DNA of 64,000 nucleotides, from the NCBI GenBank assembly GCA_042408215.1, contig JAYFMW010000014.1, forward strand, positions 1 through 64,000, read 5' to 3'. The position numbers were made by a program, and so were the translations under genes. The notes under the pieces were generated by a model, which searched no databases, was not told where the DNA came from, and saw only the letters and a program-made list of their open reading frames with translations. Below, piece after piece: positions 43,301 through 55,637 of the stretch. Position 1 is the first letter of the stretch. Every line of letters begins with the position of its first letter. Source of the DNA: Microcoleus sp. (GTDB taxonomy: Bacteria; Cyanobacteriota; Cyanobacteriia; Cyanobacteriales; Microcoleaceae).

Positions 43301-45734
43301 CTATTTTACTTCAATTTTAACTCCGTAGTTTGCTTTGTTGTCGCCAGAAATTTCAATACTATAGTCGCCGCTGCTGGGGAGTTGACCTTGCCACTGACTT
43401 GTGCTATTTGCAGTGCCTATTTTTTCACCGTTAGGAGCAATAATTGCGGCGCTAACTTGACCTTCTTGAACCTTTAATGTCATGGTTTGGCCGCTATTGC
43501 ACTCAAGTAAGTAGCGCTTTGATTTGTTGTCTGGCAAATTATTCCTGACAGTAACTCCGATCGCACCTGGTTCAAAGCTAACTCGCTCAGTGACAGCGGT
43601 TTGGGCCGCAGGAGAGGGCGATGGCGAGGGCAAGGGCGAGGGCAAGGGCGAGGGCAAGGGCGAGGGCAAGGGCGACGGCGATGGCAGTTGCGGAGCCCCT
43701 GACAGGGATGGTATGACAGTGGGAGTGGGCGACGGCAGGCTGTTTGGTGGCTGTGCGGTTCCGGGTGCTGGGGGAATCGCGAGCAGTCGATTAGCGGGCG
43801 CGGCCCGAACAGGGGAAGGGCTTGGAGGAAGTGGTACGTCTGAGGGTAACTTGATTTGAAGGTTGACTCTTTCCTGATACATTCTCCACGCTACCAAAGT
43901 GCCGAGACTCAGCACAGAACCGACTAACATTCCGCTGAGAAAAACTGCCAAAACTTGCCAAATTGGAGTTGTTTTGGGTGAGGGAATCGCAGTTTGATTT
44001 AGTTGAGTTGGGTAATTTTCATTGTCAATAGTTTCCGGTGCGATGTCGGCGACTATTGGAAGGGTTTCTGGTTCATTTATTGTATTTAAAATCTCTTCTG
44101 TTGCGGCATTTTTCCTGGGCGTTTCTGTTTCGGAATTCGCAGTTAAATTAGCTTCGGATGTGGCATTTTTCCTGGGCGTTTCTGTTTCATAATTGGTCGT
44201 TAGATTAGATTCTTTTGCGGCATTTTTCCTGGGCGTTTCTGTTTCGGAATTGGCAGTTAAAGTATCTTCGGTTGTGGTATTTTCAGTGGGCGTTTCTGTT
44301 TCGGAATTGGCAGTTAAATTAGCTGTAGCAATTTCAAGCGGAGTTTCTGTTTCGTAATTGGCAGTTGAATCATCTTCGGTTGTGGCATTTTCCAGCGGGA
44401 GTTTCTGCTGTTCGTAATTGGCAGTTGAATCATCTTCGGTTGCTGGAATTTCAATCGGAGTTTCTGCTAGTTCGTAATTGGCAGTTGAATCATCTTCGGT
44501 TGCTGGAATTTCAATCGGACTTTCTGCTAGTTCGTAATTGGCAGTTGAATCATCTTCGGTTGTAGCAATTTCAATCGGAGTTTCTGCTAGTTCGTAATTG
44601 GCAGTTGAATCAGCTTCGGTTGTGGCAATTTCAATCGGAGTTTCTGCTAGTTCGTAATTGGCAGTTGAATCAGCTTCGGTTGTAGCAATTTCCAGCGGAG
44701 TTTCTGTTTCGTAATTGGCATTTGAATCATCTTCGATTGTGGCAATTTCCGTGGGAGTTTCTGTTTCGTAATTGGCATTTGAATCATCTTCGGTTGCTGC
44801 AATTTCCAGCGGAGTTTCTGTTTCGTAATTGGCAGTTGAATCAGCTTCGGTTGTAGCAATTTCAATCGGAGTTTCTGCTAGTTCGTAATTGGCAGTTGAA
44901 TCAGCTTCGGTTGTAGCAATTTCAATCGGAGTTTCTGCTAGTTCGTAATTGGCAGTTGAATCAGCTTCGGTTGTGGCAATTTCCAGCGGAGTTTCTGCTA
45001 GTTCGTAATTGGCAGTTGAATCATCTTCGGTTGCTGGAATTTCCAGCGGAGTTTCTGCTAGTTCGTAATTGGCAGTTGAATCATCTTCGGTTGTGGCAAT
45101 TTCAAGCGGAGTTTCTGCTAGTTCGTAATTGGCAGTTGAATCAGCTTCGGTTGTAGCAATTTCCGTGGGAGTTTCTGTTTCGTAATTGGCAGTTGAATCA
45201 GCTTCGGTTGTAGCAATTTCAATCGGAGTTTCTGCTAGTTCGTAATTGGCAGTTGAATCATCTTCGGTTGTGGCATTTTCAAGCGGAGTTTCTGCTAGTT
45301 CGTAATTGGCAGTTGAATCATCTTCGGTTGCTGGAATTTTCAAGCGGAGTTTCTGCTAGTTCGTAATTGGCAGTTGAATCATCTTCGGTTGCTGCAATTT
45401 CCAGCGGAGTTTCTGCTAGTTCGTAATTGGCAGTTGAATCATCTTCGGTTGTGGCATTTTCAAGCGGACTTTCTGCTGTTTCGTAATTAGCAGTTAAAGT
45501 ATCTTCGGTTGTGGCAATTTCCAGCGGAGTTTCTGTTTCGTAATTGGCCGTTGAATCAGCTTCGGTTGTGGATTTTTCAAGCGGAGTTTCTGCTAGTTCG
45601 TAATTAGCAGTTAAAGTATCTTCGGTTGTGGCAATTTCCATCGGAGTTTCTGCTGCTTCGGAAGGTGCATCGAAACTGGCAAGTGTTTCCGGTTGCTGAG
45701 TCAAAATTTGATTTTTTTCTTGTTCGTCACTCAT
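43301..45734 (-). CDS. Membrane-anchored protein with acidic 19/20-aa tandem repeats (frameshift near 45340)
   Basis: (ETPLEIATTEDDSTANYELA)n, one TM helix, Pro/Ser linker and C-terminal beta domain. Confidence 0.75.
44100..45650 (-). repeat. 57/60-bp coding tandem repeat (roughly 25 units)
   Basis: Recurring TTCGTAATTGGCAGTTGAATCATCTTCGGTTG. Confidence 0.9.
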
Positions 45735-45817
45735 GGGGATAAAATTCTAGTATAAAGACTGCTTTTAAGCATTTTACGTTATTTGTGCGATCGGCGGCAC
45801 TGAAACGTGCCATGATA

Positions 45818-46144
45818 TTAGTCTAGATCGTTCAACTTAATGGCTGCTTCAATTTCGTCAGAAAATGCCTCAGCATAAGCCCAAGCATTTTTCAATTCGC
45901 TAGCACTAAGATGCGGATAATCTTCTAAAAGTTGAGTATCAGTTGCACCTAATCGACGAGATTCTACCAAGCCCCAAACAGAAATTATAGTCCCTGCAAT
46001 CCTGGCATTACCGCCAACTACACCGGGAGTTTTTTCAATTCCCTGCCTGGTGTGGGCTAAACTTTGAGCTAATATCTGTATTGCTTGAGCTTTTTCAGGC
46101 GGAGTCAGGGAAAGCAGTTGCGGTTCTAATTCTTTTAGTGTCAT
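45818..46144 (-). CDS. DUF433 domain protein
   Basis: KTPGVVGGNARIAGT...LLEDYPHLS. Confidence 0.85.
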   Translation of the reverse strand: MTLKELEPQLLSLTPPEKAQAIQILAQSLAHTRQGIEKTPGVVGGNARIAGTIISVWGLVESRRLGATDTQLLEDYPHLSASELKNAWAYAEAFSDEIEAAIKLNDLD

Positions 46145-46462
46145 AGTCGATCGGGTTGGGCTGCTGGGATTGTCGTATCTATATTATAGCGATCGAGCTT
46201 TTTACTGGCAAGAATAAACAAGTTACCGATTTACTGTTGGGTGGGGGCGGGTTTATGAGATTGTTCGTTACAGGCGAGTATTGTTGGTGAACCCGCCCCT
46301 ACAAATTATATCGTTTACGGTTGTTTCTGAATGATTTAACCTTTCTAGGACGCAGAGAACGCAGAGGAAGAGAAGAGAGAGATGAGTCATTCTGATACAA
46401 TGCCAACGGATTTGATATTACCAATTCCCCATGCCCGATTCCCCATGTCCCATACCCAATCA

Positions 46463-49040
46463 TTAATTATTAGGCAAAGACTGCCAAAAAGGTCGTTCTT
46501 CTCCCTTCCTGACAGTGTTCGTAGCCGACTGCACGTTTCCTCTCAGTTCTTGATAATATCTATCGTCAAGGAAACTAATATTGACACCAAAAGGAAGCAG
46601 CAGTTGGCGCAATTTTTCCTGAGTGTAATCCTTACCGTCAATAATTGCCCCGCGCGGATTTGAAACTAACAAATTGCCATTGACAGGCACTGAATTGACC
46701 ATATTCGGCCACCAAGCATAACCGCTGTAGCCAAACATCGCCGGCACTTGAATAATTTGGTCATCTGTGAGTGAAAACTCTCTTTTCAACTTCTCTATAA
46801 TCGGATTCAGTTTCTGCTTTTGCAAATTGAGATTGTGCTTAATTAAAGCTGGATTTTTCAAAGCAGCGCTGACTGTAATTTCATTGCTCAAACCGCGATT
46901 GATAGTCACATCACCGTAACCTTTTCCTGCCAATTCTTCCAACAGCTTAACTCCTGCTTCTGGACTGGCGATCGCCATTATATACTTTCCGGGAGTTGGA
47001 CTGGGAATAAAATTGATAATTTCATCGACTTGGCGAGTCAAAAGCCAAGAAGTATCAATATCCACCGCAGGCCCTTGAATTTGCTGAGCTTGAATAAAAT
47101 CAAGTACCTCTGGATTAAAACTAGCATTCCCCGAATTGCCGTAATAAACTCGACCCATTGGGTGTCCGGGAATCGGCGGCGTCACCTGCAAATTGCCATA
47201 GCCATTAGACCACTGACTTACAGGGTCTTCATAGCGAGGACTGGCTGATTTTAAAGACGCTCAAATCCTGCTCTTGAGTTGATTTAGCAGGCTTGTTGAT
47301 AGCTGGATTGCTATTGCTTTTGACAGCTACATTAAAATTGCGGAGTTGGGATTTTCCGGGAAATTGAACATAGCCATTTTTCTGGATATTCTGCATCCAA
47401 GCGCGCTCTCCCTGGATAATTTTTACCTGAGCTCCTGTTGGTTCTACTGCTTGTTTTAGTTGGGAGATAAATTCACTGTTTCCTGAGCCTCGGTCACTAA
47501 CTTGAACTTCTTTTACTGGTGCGGTATTGGACGGCATGATCCAAGGAGTAACGCCCATTTGAATTATATTGGCAGCGATTTCTTGGCCGTTATTTGTAGC
47601 AGTTGCTCTGAGATTAACTAGGCCGTTCCAGTTGCGATCGGCAAATTGTTTTGCTTCTACACCTAACACAATATTGCTGCTGAAAACTAGCGGTTTAGCA
47701 CCGGATATATCTACAGCTTGCCAGCCGTTGCTAGTCTTCTGAAAAACGCTGATGTGAGGGCTAGCAACGCTGTCAGCAGTGATAAATACTTGAGAACCGT
47801 TGAAGTTTTCAGGTAGTTTTAAGTGAACTTGAGAGAGCATTGCTGGGCGGCGGGGGGTGCTAACTTTGGTTTCTTGCCAAACCGGTATTTTCGGGCGATC
47901 GCTCGATTTATCATTAAATAGAACTAGGGCTCCACTGGACAAAGACCATTGTTCTTTACCCAGTTCGTCTTGCTGATTAATTTCGCCGTCTCTGTTAGTA
48001 TCTCCCGCAAAGAAAAAGCTAGACGGCGACAGGGCGGGCAAAAGTTGGCTGGGAGTTGGTGTTAGAGTTTCTTGAGTAGTTGGTTGGGGAGTAGTTGGTT
48101 GATTTCTCTCTAATTCTTGGCGGGCTAATTCTTGGCGGGCTAATTCTTGGCGGGCTAGTTCTTGGCGGGCTAGTTCTTGGCGGGCTAGTTCTTGGCGGGC
48201 TAATTCTTGGCGGGCTAATTCTTGGCGGGCTAATTCTTGCTTTTCTAGTTTTTTCCTATCTAATTCTTGGCGGGCTAGTTCTTCTTTCTCTAACTCTTTT
48301 CTGACCAGTTCTTTTTTCTCAAACTCTTGTCTTTCTAACTCTTTTCTGACCAGTTCTTTTCTCTCAAATTCTTGTATTTCTAGCTCTTTGCGGGCTTGTT
48401 CTTTTTTCTTTAGCTCTTGTCTCTGTAACTCTTTTTTCTGTTGTTGTTCTTCTAAATTTTTTTGAAGAGAACGTGAGATTTGCAGTTCATAGGTAGCGAC
48501 AGTTAGGTTTCCTTGATATTCGATGGTTTTGTCGATCGCCCGATTAGCCAAAAAAGAACCGTGAGGAATTTGGCGGAGTGTATTGATCGCCAAATTCCAC
48601 AGGTATTGCGACTGTTCCCAAGTAGCAGGATCAGCCTTAGCGGTGCGTCCGATTACGACAGCTTGAGTGGCTAATTTAGCAGATTCATCCCAAGTATTTT
48701 TAGCTCTTTCTTCGATTTGAATGCGAATTGTCACATTTTCGAGCTGCTGTAGGAGAGTTTGTGATTTCTGCTGCTCGATTTGCGGTTTCCAGGGTTCTGA
48801 GAAAGACGGGGTATCGGGATTTTTGGCAAGTTGGTCTAATTCTAGTTTAAGGCGATCGCGCAATTTGTAGAGTTCCGAAAGTGATTGGGGAGTTTCGCCC
48901 TCTGGCTGTCGCTGAGAGATTTGGAGTTGGTAGTTGAGGGAAGGTTGGGCCAGCGTTTGGGGCACAGCCACCCAGATGATACCGATGACGACACCGAAAG
49001 CATTGACAATGGCGATCGCAATATATTTAACCAAGCGCAT
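46463..49040 (-). CDS. Protein-arginine deiminase (PAD)-family protein with coiled-coil N-terminus, catalytic residues substituted (frameshift near 47245)
   Basis: TPWIM, GNLQVTPP, DTSWLL..VDE, PNMVN and GNV..ATN motifs; (RQELA)n repeats. Confidence 0.78.
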
Positions 49041-49432
49041 ATAGTTTATCCTCAGATACCCAAATAATTTTACCTAATATTGGGTTCAATGGGAAATTTA
49101 ATTATGGGGACTTACGCATGGGGCCCAGAAACCGGGTTTTTCCGAAAATATTTCGTTGCTGTTGATAGATTAGGTAAAAGTGAGTCCACAAAATCTCGAT
49201 CCCCCCTAGCCTCCCTTAAGAAGGGGAGTAGGGGAGTAGGGGGTGTGGGACAAGAGTGCAGTCAAAGTCCCCCTTCTTAAGGGGGATTTAGGGGGATCTA
49301 GACTTGGCTACCAGCGAGATATTAGCATCGCGCACCAGCCCAGAAACCGGGGGTTTTACGAAATACTTCGTTGCTGTTCATAGATTAGGTGAAAAACCCG
49401 GTTTCTTTGTCGGAGTCCGTAAATCCTAAACT

Positions 49433-52400
49433 TTACTCAATGGGGAAACCAGGAATCAGTTGATCGATTTCTACCATCAGTTGCATAGTTTCTTTGAGCG
49501 CAACCACCACCTTTTGATAATGCAATACATCATCAAAAGATAAAGTGCGTTTGGCTTTCTTACGGTCTTTGAGCCATTTGTCCAACACCTGATAACCGCC
49601 AATTTTAAACTCCCAAACGACCGGGGCGATGCCTTCAAAATAGCGATTTTTGTTGATATAAACTCGTTGTTCTGCGGGTTTATAGGTAACTTCGGTAACG
49701 GCATTGTCACCATCGCCATTCATTTTAGTAATCAGCTTATTCAGCTTTTTCGATTTCATCAGGTGCAGGTCTACTAATGCCTGACCTTTTGCACCCAAGT
49801 CTTTGAATAGCTGATCGTTACTGGTCAATGGAACGCGGGGAAAGTCGATTTTGAGAAACTCGGCGTAGCGTTGGCGATAGGTAGGGCTATGGAAGATGGC
49901 GTAGATGTAGTAAAAGATGGCTTCTGGAGTGGGAATGTAGCCAAGTTTTTTTTGAATTGTGTCAAGAAAAGTCTGAGAAAGATTCGGTCATTTTTGCTTA
50001 AATAAATAACCTTGTTGATCTGCAGTATCGGGATAAAGATAAAGAGGAAATAAGACTAATTAGCGCTCTTTTGGCAAATCGTATGATTATTTTCGTGATA
50101 ATACAACTTGGTAGCCAAAAACCTTCCTTTATCTTCAACCTGCGATATGTTAAATTCCTAGTTTTTTCTTGTAGCATATGTCTCATCACATCTCCACTGG
50201 AGTAATCGACTCCATCTTCATGATGTGTAGTAAGATCTCCAAGTCAAAAGGTCGATATAAGCATTGGTAATATATTTTCACAATCATGTTTGCTTTGACT
50301 ATCGTCGTCTTTGGCTTTGAATTTCCAATCTCTAGTATCTTGAATCTCATAGTCTTCTATTTCTTGATCTGAAATGCTCAGACTCTAAATTTTTCATATG
50401 CGTTTTCGGAGTTGCCATTGGTAAAGTCAATACATGATCGCTGTGCAGTCTCGATCCCTGTTGAGTTAACAGGCATAATTTCGGTAATTTTCCAACCTCT
50501 CATTATATTCTGCTCAGAGAGTCGGTGTTTTGAGGACAGAATAAATAAAACGGTAATTGAGGTGCGATCGCTTTCCAATCAACATCGTCAATACAACTTT
50601 GATTCAAAATCTCATATTTAGTCGCTCGATTTCCCCAAAGTCAGCATGATGAACATTAGCTGCACCTGTCTTTCCAGGCTCTTTAATAAAAATTCCAATA
50701 CTAACACCCTGCTGAATATCAAAGACATTTTGATCGGGTGAACCGTCAGGAGAAATTTCTTTTTTCTTAGAATTACCGTGTAAATCCAAGAGATAGATAT
50801 CTGTAAATGTTTGCATCAAGTTCTGACGCATTCCTCTAAACGTTGGATTATCCAGATAACCATGATTGGTAATGAACGCTAAAACGCCATAACCGGTTTC
50901 GCTGACTCGCCACTGCCCAAACCGAATGAATTTTACATAATCATCTTGCAAATACTTAGGATTTTGTTCTCCTAGCGGTAAACCGTTCACATAGTAGTAA
51001 TCGCGAACTAAACCAGCAATCCACTCGCTTTTATTTGCCGAATGTCCTGAATAAGGCGGATTGCCCAACACCACCATCACAGGTGTATCTCGTTTTACCG
51101 TCGAAGCTTCATTTGCTTCCTGTGCGACAAACTGACCAAACAAAATCTCTGACTTTTTCAGTGCCTCATCTAGCGTATTGGTGAGGTAAATGCCTAATCG
51201 TTGTTTGCCCTTAAATTTGTAACCAAGTTCTTGAAGTTCTAGCCCTAGCTTAAGATGAGCAATGGCATAGGGAGCCATCAATAACTCAAAGCCAAACAAT
51301 CGATTCAGCAAATTATCTCGCACATAGCTATCCCACTGATTCGCCATGCCAATTTCTTCTAAATTGCGGTAAATTTGCTTTACTACTTCATACAAAAACG
51401 TACCTGTACCCGTTGCAGGATCGAGAATTTGCACTTTCGGCTTTTGTGTTATTGGATCTTTGGCATTATCAGCTAATCCCAATGGCAAATCGAAGCGGTC
51501 TTTGAGAATAGCATCAACCGATCGCACAATAAACGACACCACAGGTTCCGGTGTATAATAAACGCCTCGACTCTTTCGCAAAGCCGCATTATACGCCGCC
51601 AAAAACGTTTCATAAAAATGCACCACCGGGTCTTCTTGACGAGTGCGCTGCCCAAAGTTTTCGAGAATGCTGCCCATATCAACCTGAGACAGCAATTGCA
51701 CCAGATCGTCGATCGCCCAATCGATCTGACTGACTGCATCCGTTTCGACGATCGTATTAAACAATCGCTTCAAAAATGGGTTTGTTGCCGGAATATACGT
51801 GCCCGCCGTGCGCCGAGTAAACGGTTCACACCCTGGATTTTGAGCATGACCAACTCTTGCCGCAAATAACCCATAAGAAATCGTCTGAGCATACATATCA
51901 GCAAAATCAGCATCATTCAAATCGGGCAACAAAACCTCACTAAAGCCCTGTTTCAGTTGATGCAATTCACCGTCTTTCCTTTCTCCCTCCAGCGCAGTTG
52001 TTGTTGCTAACCGAATTGCCTTCGTCAACCTCGCCATCTGTCGCGCCAGGTCTTCAGGACTGCTGATAATCTCGCCAGTATAGTTGATAAACTGATCTAG
52101 CAGAGCCGCAATCTTTTCTGTAGCCCTTACTTGCAGCTTATTCTCATTACGATCTGCTAAAATTTCCTTCTGTCTGCGCTTCCCATTCACATACCAACGA
52201 AACTCTAAATAATTGGTCAATACTAGATTCGGAAACGCTTCTATATACCGCTGCAATTGCTCCGATTTTTCTATCTGATCCAAATCTAGCCCAACGTCTT
52301 TGGCTTCTACATAACCCACCAATAGTTCCCGCCGCCGCACGGTAAAGTCTGGAATCCCTGCCTTATTGCCTTTTTCTTCAATGACGGCATCAATGCCCTT

Positions 52401-52511
52401 GTCTGAGTCATCCAGCAAATCTTTCAACGCTGGATAATGGCTGCGCTCGCTACCTTTTTGCAGGTTATTTTGAATCGACTTGAGGTAAGCATCAAAAGAT
52501 ATAGATGGCAT
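49433..52511 (-). pseudogene. N6-adenine methylase/type ISP-like restriction-modification enzyme, multiply frameshifted in 49980-50640
   Basis: PD..VEAK nuclease, GVYYTP, DPATGTG and GNPPY motifs; C-terminal WEFKIGGYQVLDKWLKDRK. Confidence 0.85.
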
Positions 52512-52585
52512 TGAATCAGTTCCCTGGTTTAGTTTGGTTTTCGCGCCTCTGCCATTGTTAGTTTACCCGTAAAGGGCTCAACCTG

Positions 52586-53065
52586 CTAGCTATATACTCT
52601 GGTCTCATGCAATTCCTCTTCTTGGCTAAACTCAGCTAATTCCTTGAGAATTTCACGGCGCTTAACAGTACGCTGCTGTTTATAGGCGATCGCACTTACC
52701 AAACTAATCCGCCGCTGGTTTCCTACTTTTCCATAGGCAATTTCCCCATCATCGAGTAATTTGACCACAAATTCTGGCGACACATTCAGCAAACTAGCAG
52801 TTTCTTCAACAGTCATATCTGGCTCAATTGGCACTAAAGATACTGCTTTACCAGCCGCCATTAAATGTGCGGCTTGACACAACAATTGATAGAGCGATTC
52901 AGGAAGTGCGATTTCTTCCCCGCCAACTTCCACAAGTTTTACTTGTAATGTCTCAGAATTACCATTTTCTATCTTGAGACATAGCATTTTATCCAACAAT
53001 TTGATAGCTTTTGTTTCTTCTTCTGTCGGTAAAACCGGATCTAGGAGTATTTTTTGCCTGTTCAT
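52586..53065 (-). CDS. Excisionase-family HTH DNA-binding protein
   Basis: MTVEETASLLNVSPEFVVKLLDDGEI..KVGNQRRI. Confidence 0.85.
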   Translation of the reverse strand: MNRQKILLDPVLPTEEETKAIKLLDKMLCLKIENGNSETLQVKLVEVGGEEIALPESLYQLLCQAAHLMAAGKAVSLVPIEPDMTVEETASLLNVSPEFVVKLLDDGEIAYGKVGNQRRISLVSAIAYKQQRTVKRREILKELAEFSQEEELHETRVYS

Positions 53066-53104
53066 GGAAATGTTTCCTGAATTCGTTTAATGCTATTATA
53101 CCTT

Positions 53105-54094
53105 ATAAGATGCGGCGATTGAAATCGCTTCTACACAAACAAAGTCGGCCTCCGCCGACTGAAGAATATTGATACCAAATCAGACTTAAATACCCGCTCA
53201 TTTTCTTAGATAAGATGCGGCGATTGAAATCGCTTCTACACAAACGAAGTCGGCCTCCGCCGACTGAAGAATATTGATCTCAAATCAGACTTAAATACCC
53301 GCTCATTTTCTTAGATAAGATGCGGCGATTGAAATCGCTTCTACACAAACGAAGTCGGCCTCCGCCGACTGAAGAATATTGATCTCAAATCAGACTTAAA
53401 TACCCGCTCATTTTCTTAGATAAGATGCGGCGATTGAAATCGCTTCTACACAAACGAAGTCGGCCTCCGCCGACTGAAGAATATTGATCTCAAATCAGAC
53501 TTAAATACCCGCTCATTTTCTTAGATAAGATGCGGCGATTGAAATCGCTTCTACACAAACGAAGTCGGCCTCCGCCGACTGAAGAATATTGATCTCAAAT
53601 CAGACTTAAATACCCGCTCATTTTCTCAGATAAGATGCGGCGATTGAAATCGCTTCTACACAAACAAAGTCGGCCTCCGCCGACTGAAGAATATTGATAT
53701 TAAATCAGACTTAAATACCCGCTCATTTTCTCAGATAAGATGCGGCGATTGAAATCGCTTCTACACAAACAAAGTCGGCCTCCGCCGACTGAAGAATATT
53801 GATCTCAAATCAGACTTAAATACCCGCTCATTTTCTTAGATAAGATGCGGCGATTGAAATCGCTTCTACACAAACGAAGTCGGCCTCCGCCGACTGAAGA
53901 ATATTGATCTCAAATCAGACTTAAATACCCGCTCATTTTCTCAGATAAGATGCGGCGATTGAAATCGCTTCTACACAAACGAAGTCGGCCTCCGCCGACT
54001 GAAGAATATTGATCTCAAATCAGACTTAAATACCCGCTCATTTTCTTAGTCCGCGAAGGCGGACTTTGTTTGTGTAGACGCGGTTTCAACCGCC
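53105..54094. repeat. Nine tandem 105-bp hairpin-bearing units plus one inverted arm
   Basis: Units start every 105 bp from 53105 to 53945. 54048-54094 is an imperfect reverse complement of the unit's first half. Confidence 0.95.
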
Positions 54095-54185
54095 GGGTTT
54101 CTCCAAAGAAACCGGGTTTTTTACCAAATCTATCGACTACAACGAAATATTGTCGTAAAAAACCCGGTTTCTCGGCCTCGCAATC

Positions 54186-55595
54186 CTACAACTGCTTCAC
54201 CTCAGCAACCAATTTGGCAACCACATCCTTAGCGCTACCAAACAACATCATCGTCTTATCCTTATAAAACAACTCATTGTCAACACCCGAAAAACCAGCA
54301 CTCATCCCGCGCTTAATTACGATCGTATGCTTAGCCTTATCAACCTCCAAAATCGGCATCCCATAAATCGGGCTCGCCGTATCGTGACGCGCCGCCGGAT
54401 TCACCACATCATTCGCACCAATCACCAACGCCACATCCGTCTCTTCAAACTGCGGATTGATATCGTCCATATCGTACAACTGCGGATAAGGCACGTTTGC
54501 TTCTGCTAGCAACACATTCATGTGCCCCGGCATCCGCCCAGCCACCGGGTGAATCGCGTATTTGACGTCAACTCCCATTTTTTCCAAACCGTCGGCTAAC
54601 TCGCGCACGGCGTGTTGTGCTTGCGCTACAGCCATCCCGTAGCCCGGAACGATCACAACCGATCGCGCATAACCCAACATCATCGCACTTTCTTCAATAT
54701 CAATGCTGTGAACAGTTTTGTCGATCGCCCCAGCAGCAGCCCCAGCAGCCCCAGCACTAGCACCACCGCTACCAAAGGCGCTAAACAACACGCTAGAAAG
54801 CGATCGATTCATCGCCTTACACATGATTTGCGTCAAAATAATCCCCGACGCGCCAACAAGTGCACCAGCGATAATCAGCATATTGTTCATCAAAATGAAC
54901 CCAGCCACACTCGCCGCAATCCCCGAATAGGAGTTAAGCAGCGACACCACCACCGGCATATCGCCGCCCCCAATCGGGAGCACAAACATGATTCCCAGAA
55001 TATTGGAAATCGCCACCAAAGCCAGGAATACCGGCACATTCTCCGGATTCGTCAGCATATAACCGCTGCCCGCTAAAAGCGCGATCGCCAGTAAAGCATT
55101 AAACGGCTGTTGTAGCGGAAACGTGACAGGAGCACCAGGTAGCAATTCTTGCAGCTTCGCAAACGCCACAACGCTACCAGTGAAAGTAATCCCGCCAATC
55201 AACACACCCAAAAGGATCGTGATTGTCGCGTCTGGAGTCGGCGATTCCGGGATGCTGAGATAGCGCCAGAATTCGCCCACAGCAACGAGTGCAGAAGCCG
55301 CGCCCCCAAAACCGTTAAGCAAACCCACCATCTGCGGCATATCCGTCATCGCCACGGTTTTCGCCATAATTGTTCCCAAAATGGAACCGATGATAATTCC
55401 GACAGCAATCAATTCGTAGCTGACTACTTGTTTTTCCAGCAACGTACCGACGATCGCAATCAACATCCCGATCGCAGCTAACACATTTCCTTGACGGGCG
55501 GTTGCGGGCGATCCCAACTGTTTCAAACCGACAATAAACAAAGATGCGGCAACTAAATAACCTAGTTGAATGGCACTTGGCAGAAAATCACTCAC
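54186..55595 (-). CDS. pntB: NAD(P) transhydrogenase beta subunit
   Basis: GGDMPVV, VPGYGMAVAQAQ and HPVAGRMPGHMNVLLAEA. Confidence 0.97.
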   Translation of the reverse strand: MSDFLPSAIQLGYLVAASLFIVGLKQLGSPATARQGNVLAAIGMLIAIVGTLLEKQVVSYELIAVGIIIGSILGTIMAKTVAMTDMPQMVGLLNGFGGAASALVAVGEFWRYLSIPESPTPDATITILLGVLIGGITFTGSVVAFAKLQELLPGAPVTFPLQQPFNALLAIALLAGSGYMLTNPENVPVFLALVAISNILGIMFVLPIGGGDMPVVVSLLNSYSGIAASVAGFILMNNMLIIAGALVGASGIILTQIMCKAMNRSLSSVLFSAFGSGGASAGAAGAAAGAIDKTVHSIDIEESAMMLGYARSVVIVPGYGMAVAQAQHAVRELADGLEKMGVDVKYAIHPVAGRMPGHMNVLLAEANVPYPQLYDMDDINPQFEETDVALVIGANDVVNPAARHDTASPIYGMPILEVDKAKHTIVIKRGMSAGFSGVDNELFYKDKTMMLFGSAKDVVAKLVAEVKQL

Positions 55596-55637
55596 GCTTT
55601 AACCTCTAACTCTTTTCTCAGACATTTCTTGAAAATT

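Noticed and set aside
49120..49420. Novel ncRNA in AAACCGGGTTT / CCCCCTTAAGAAGGGG palindromes (also ~31215, ~54108, ~60250)
   Set aside because: Dispersed REP/MITE-like repeats recurring across the window, with nothing locus-specific.
53105..54049. CRISPR array
   Set aside because: The would-be spacers are near-identical between units and no cas genes are present; it is a tandem repeat.
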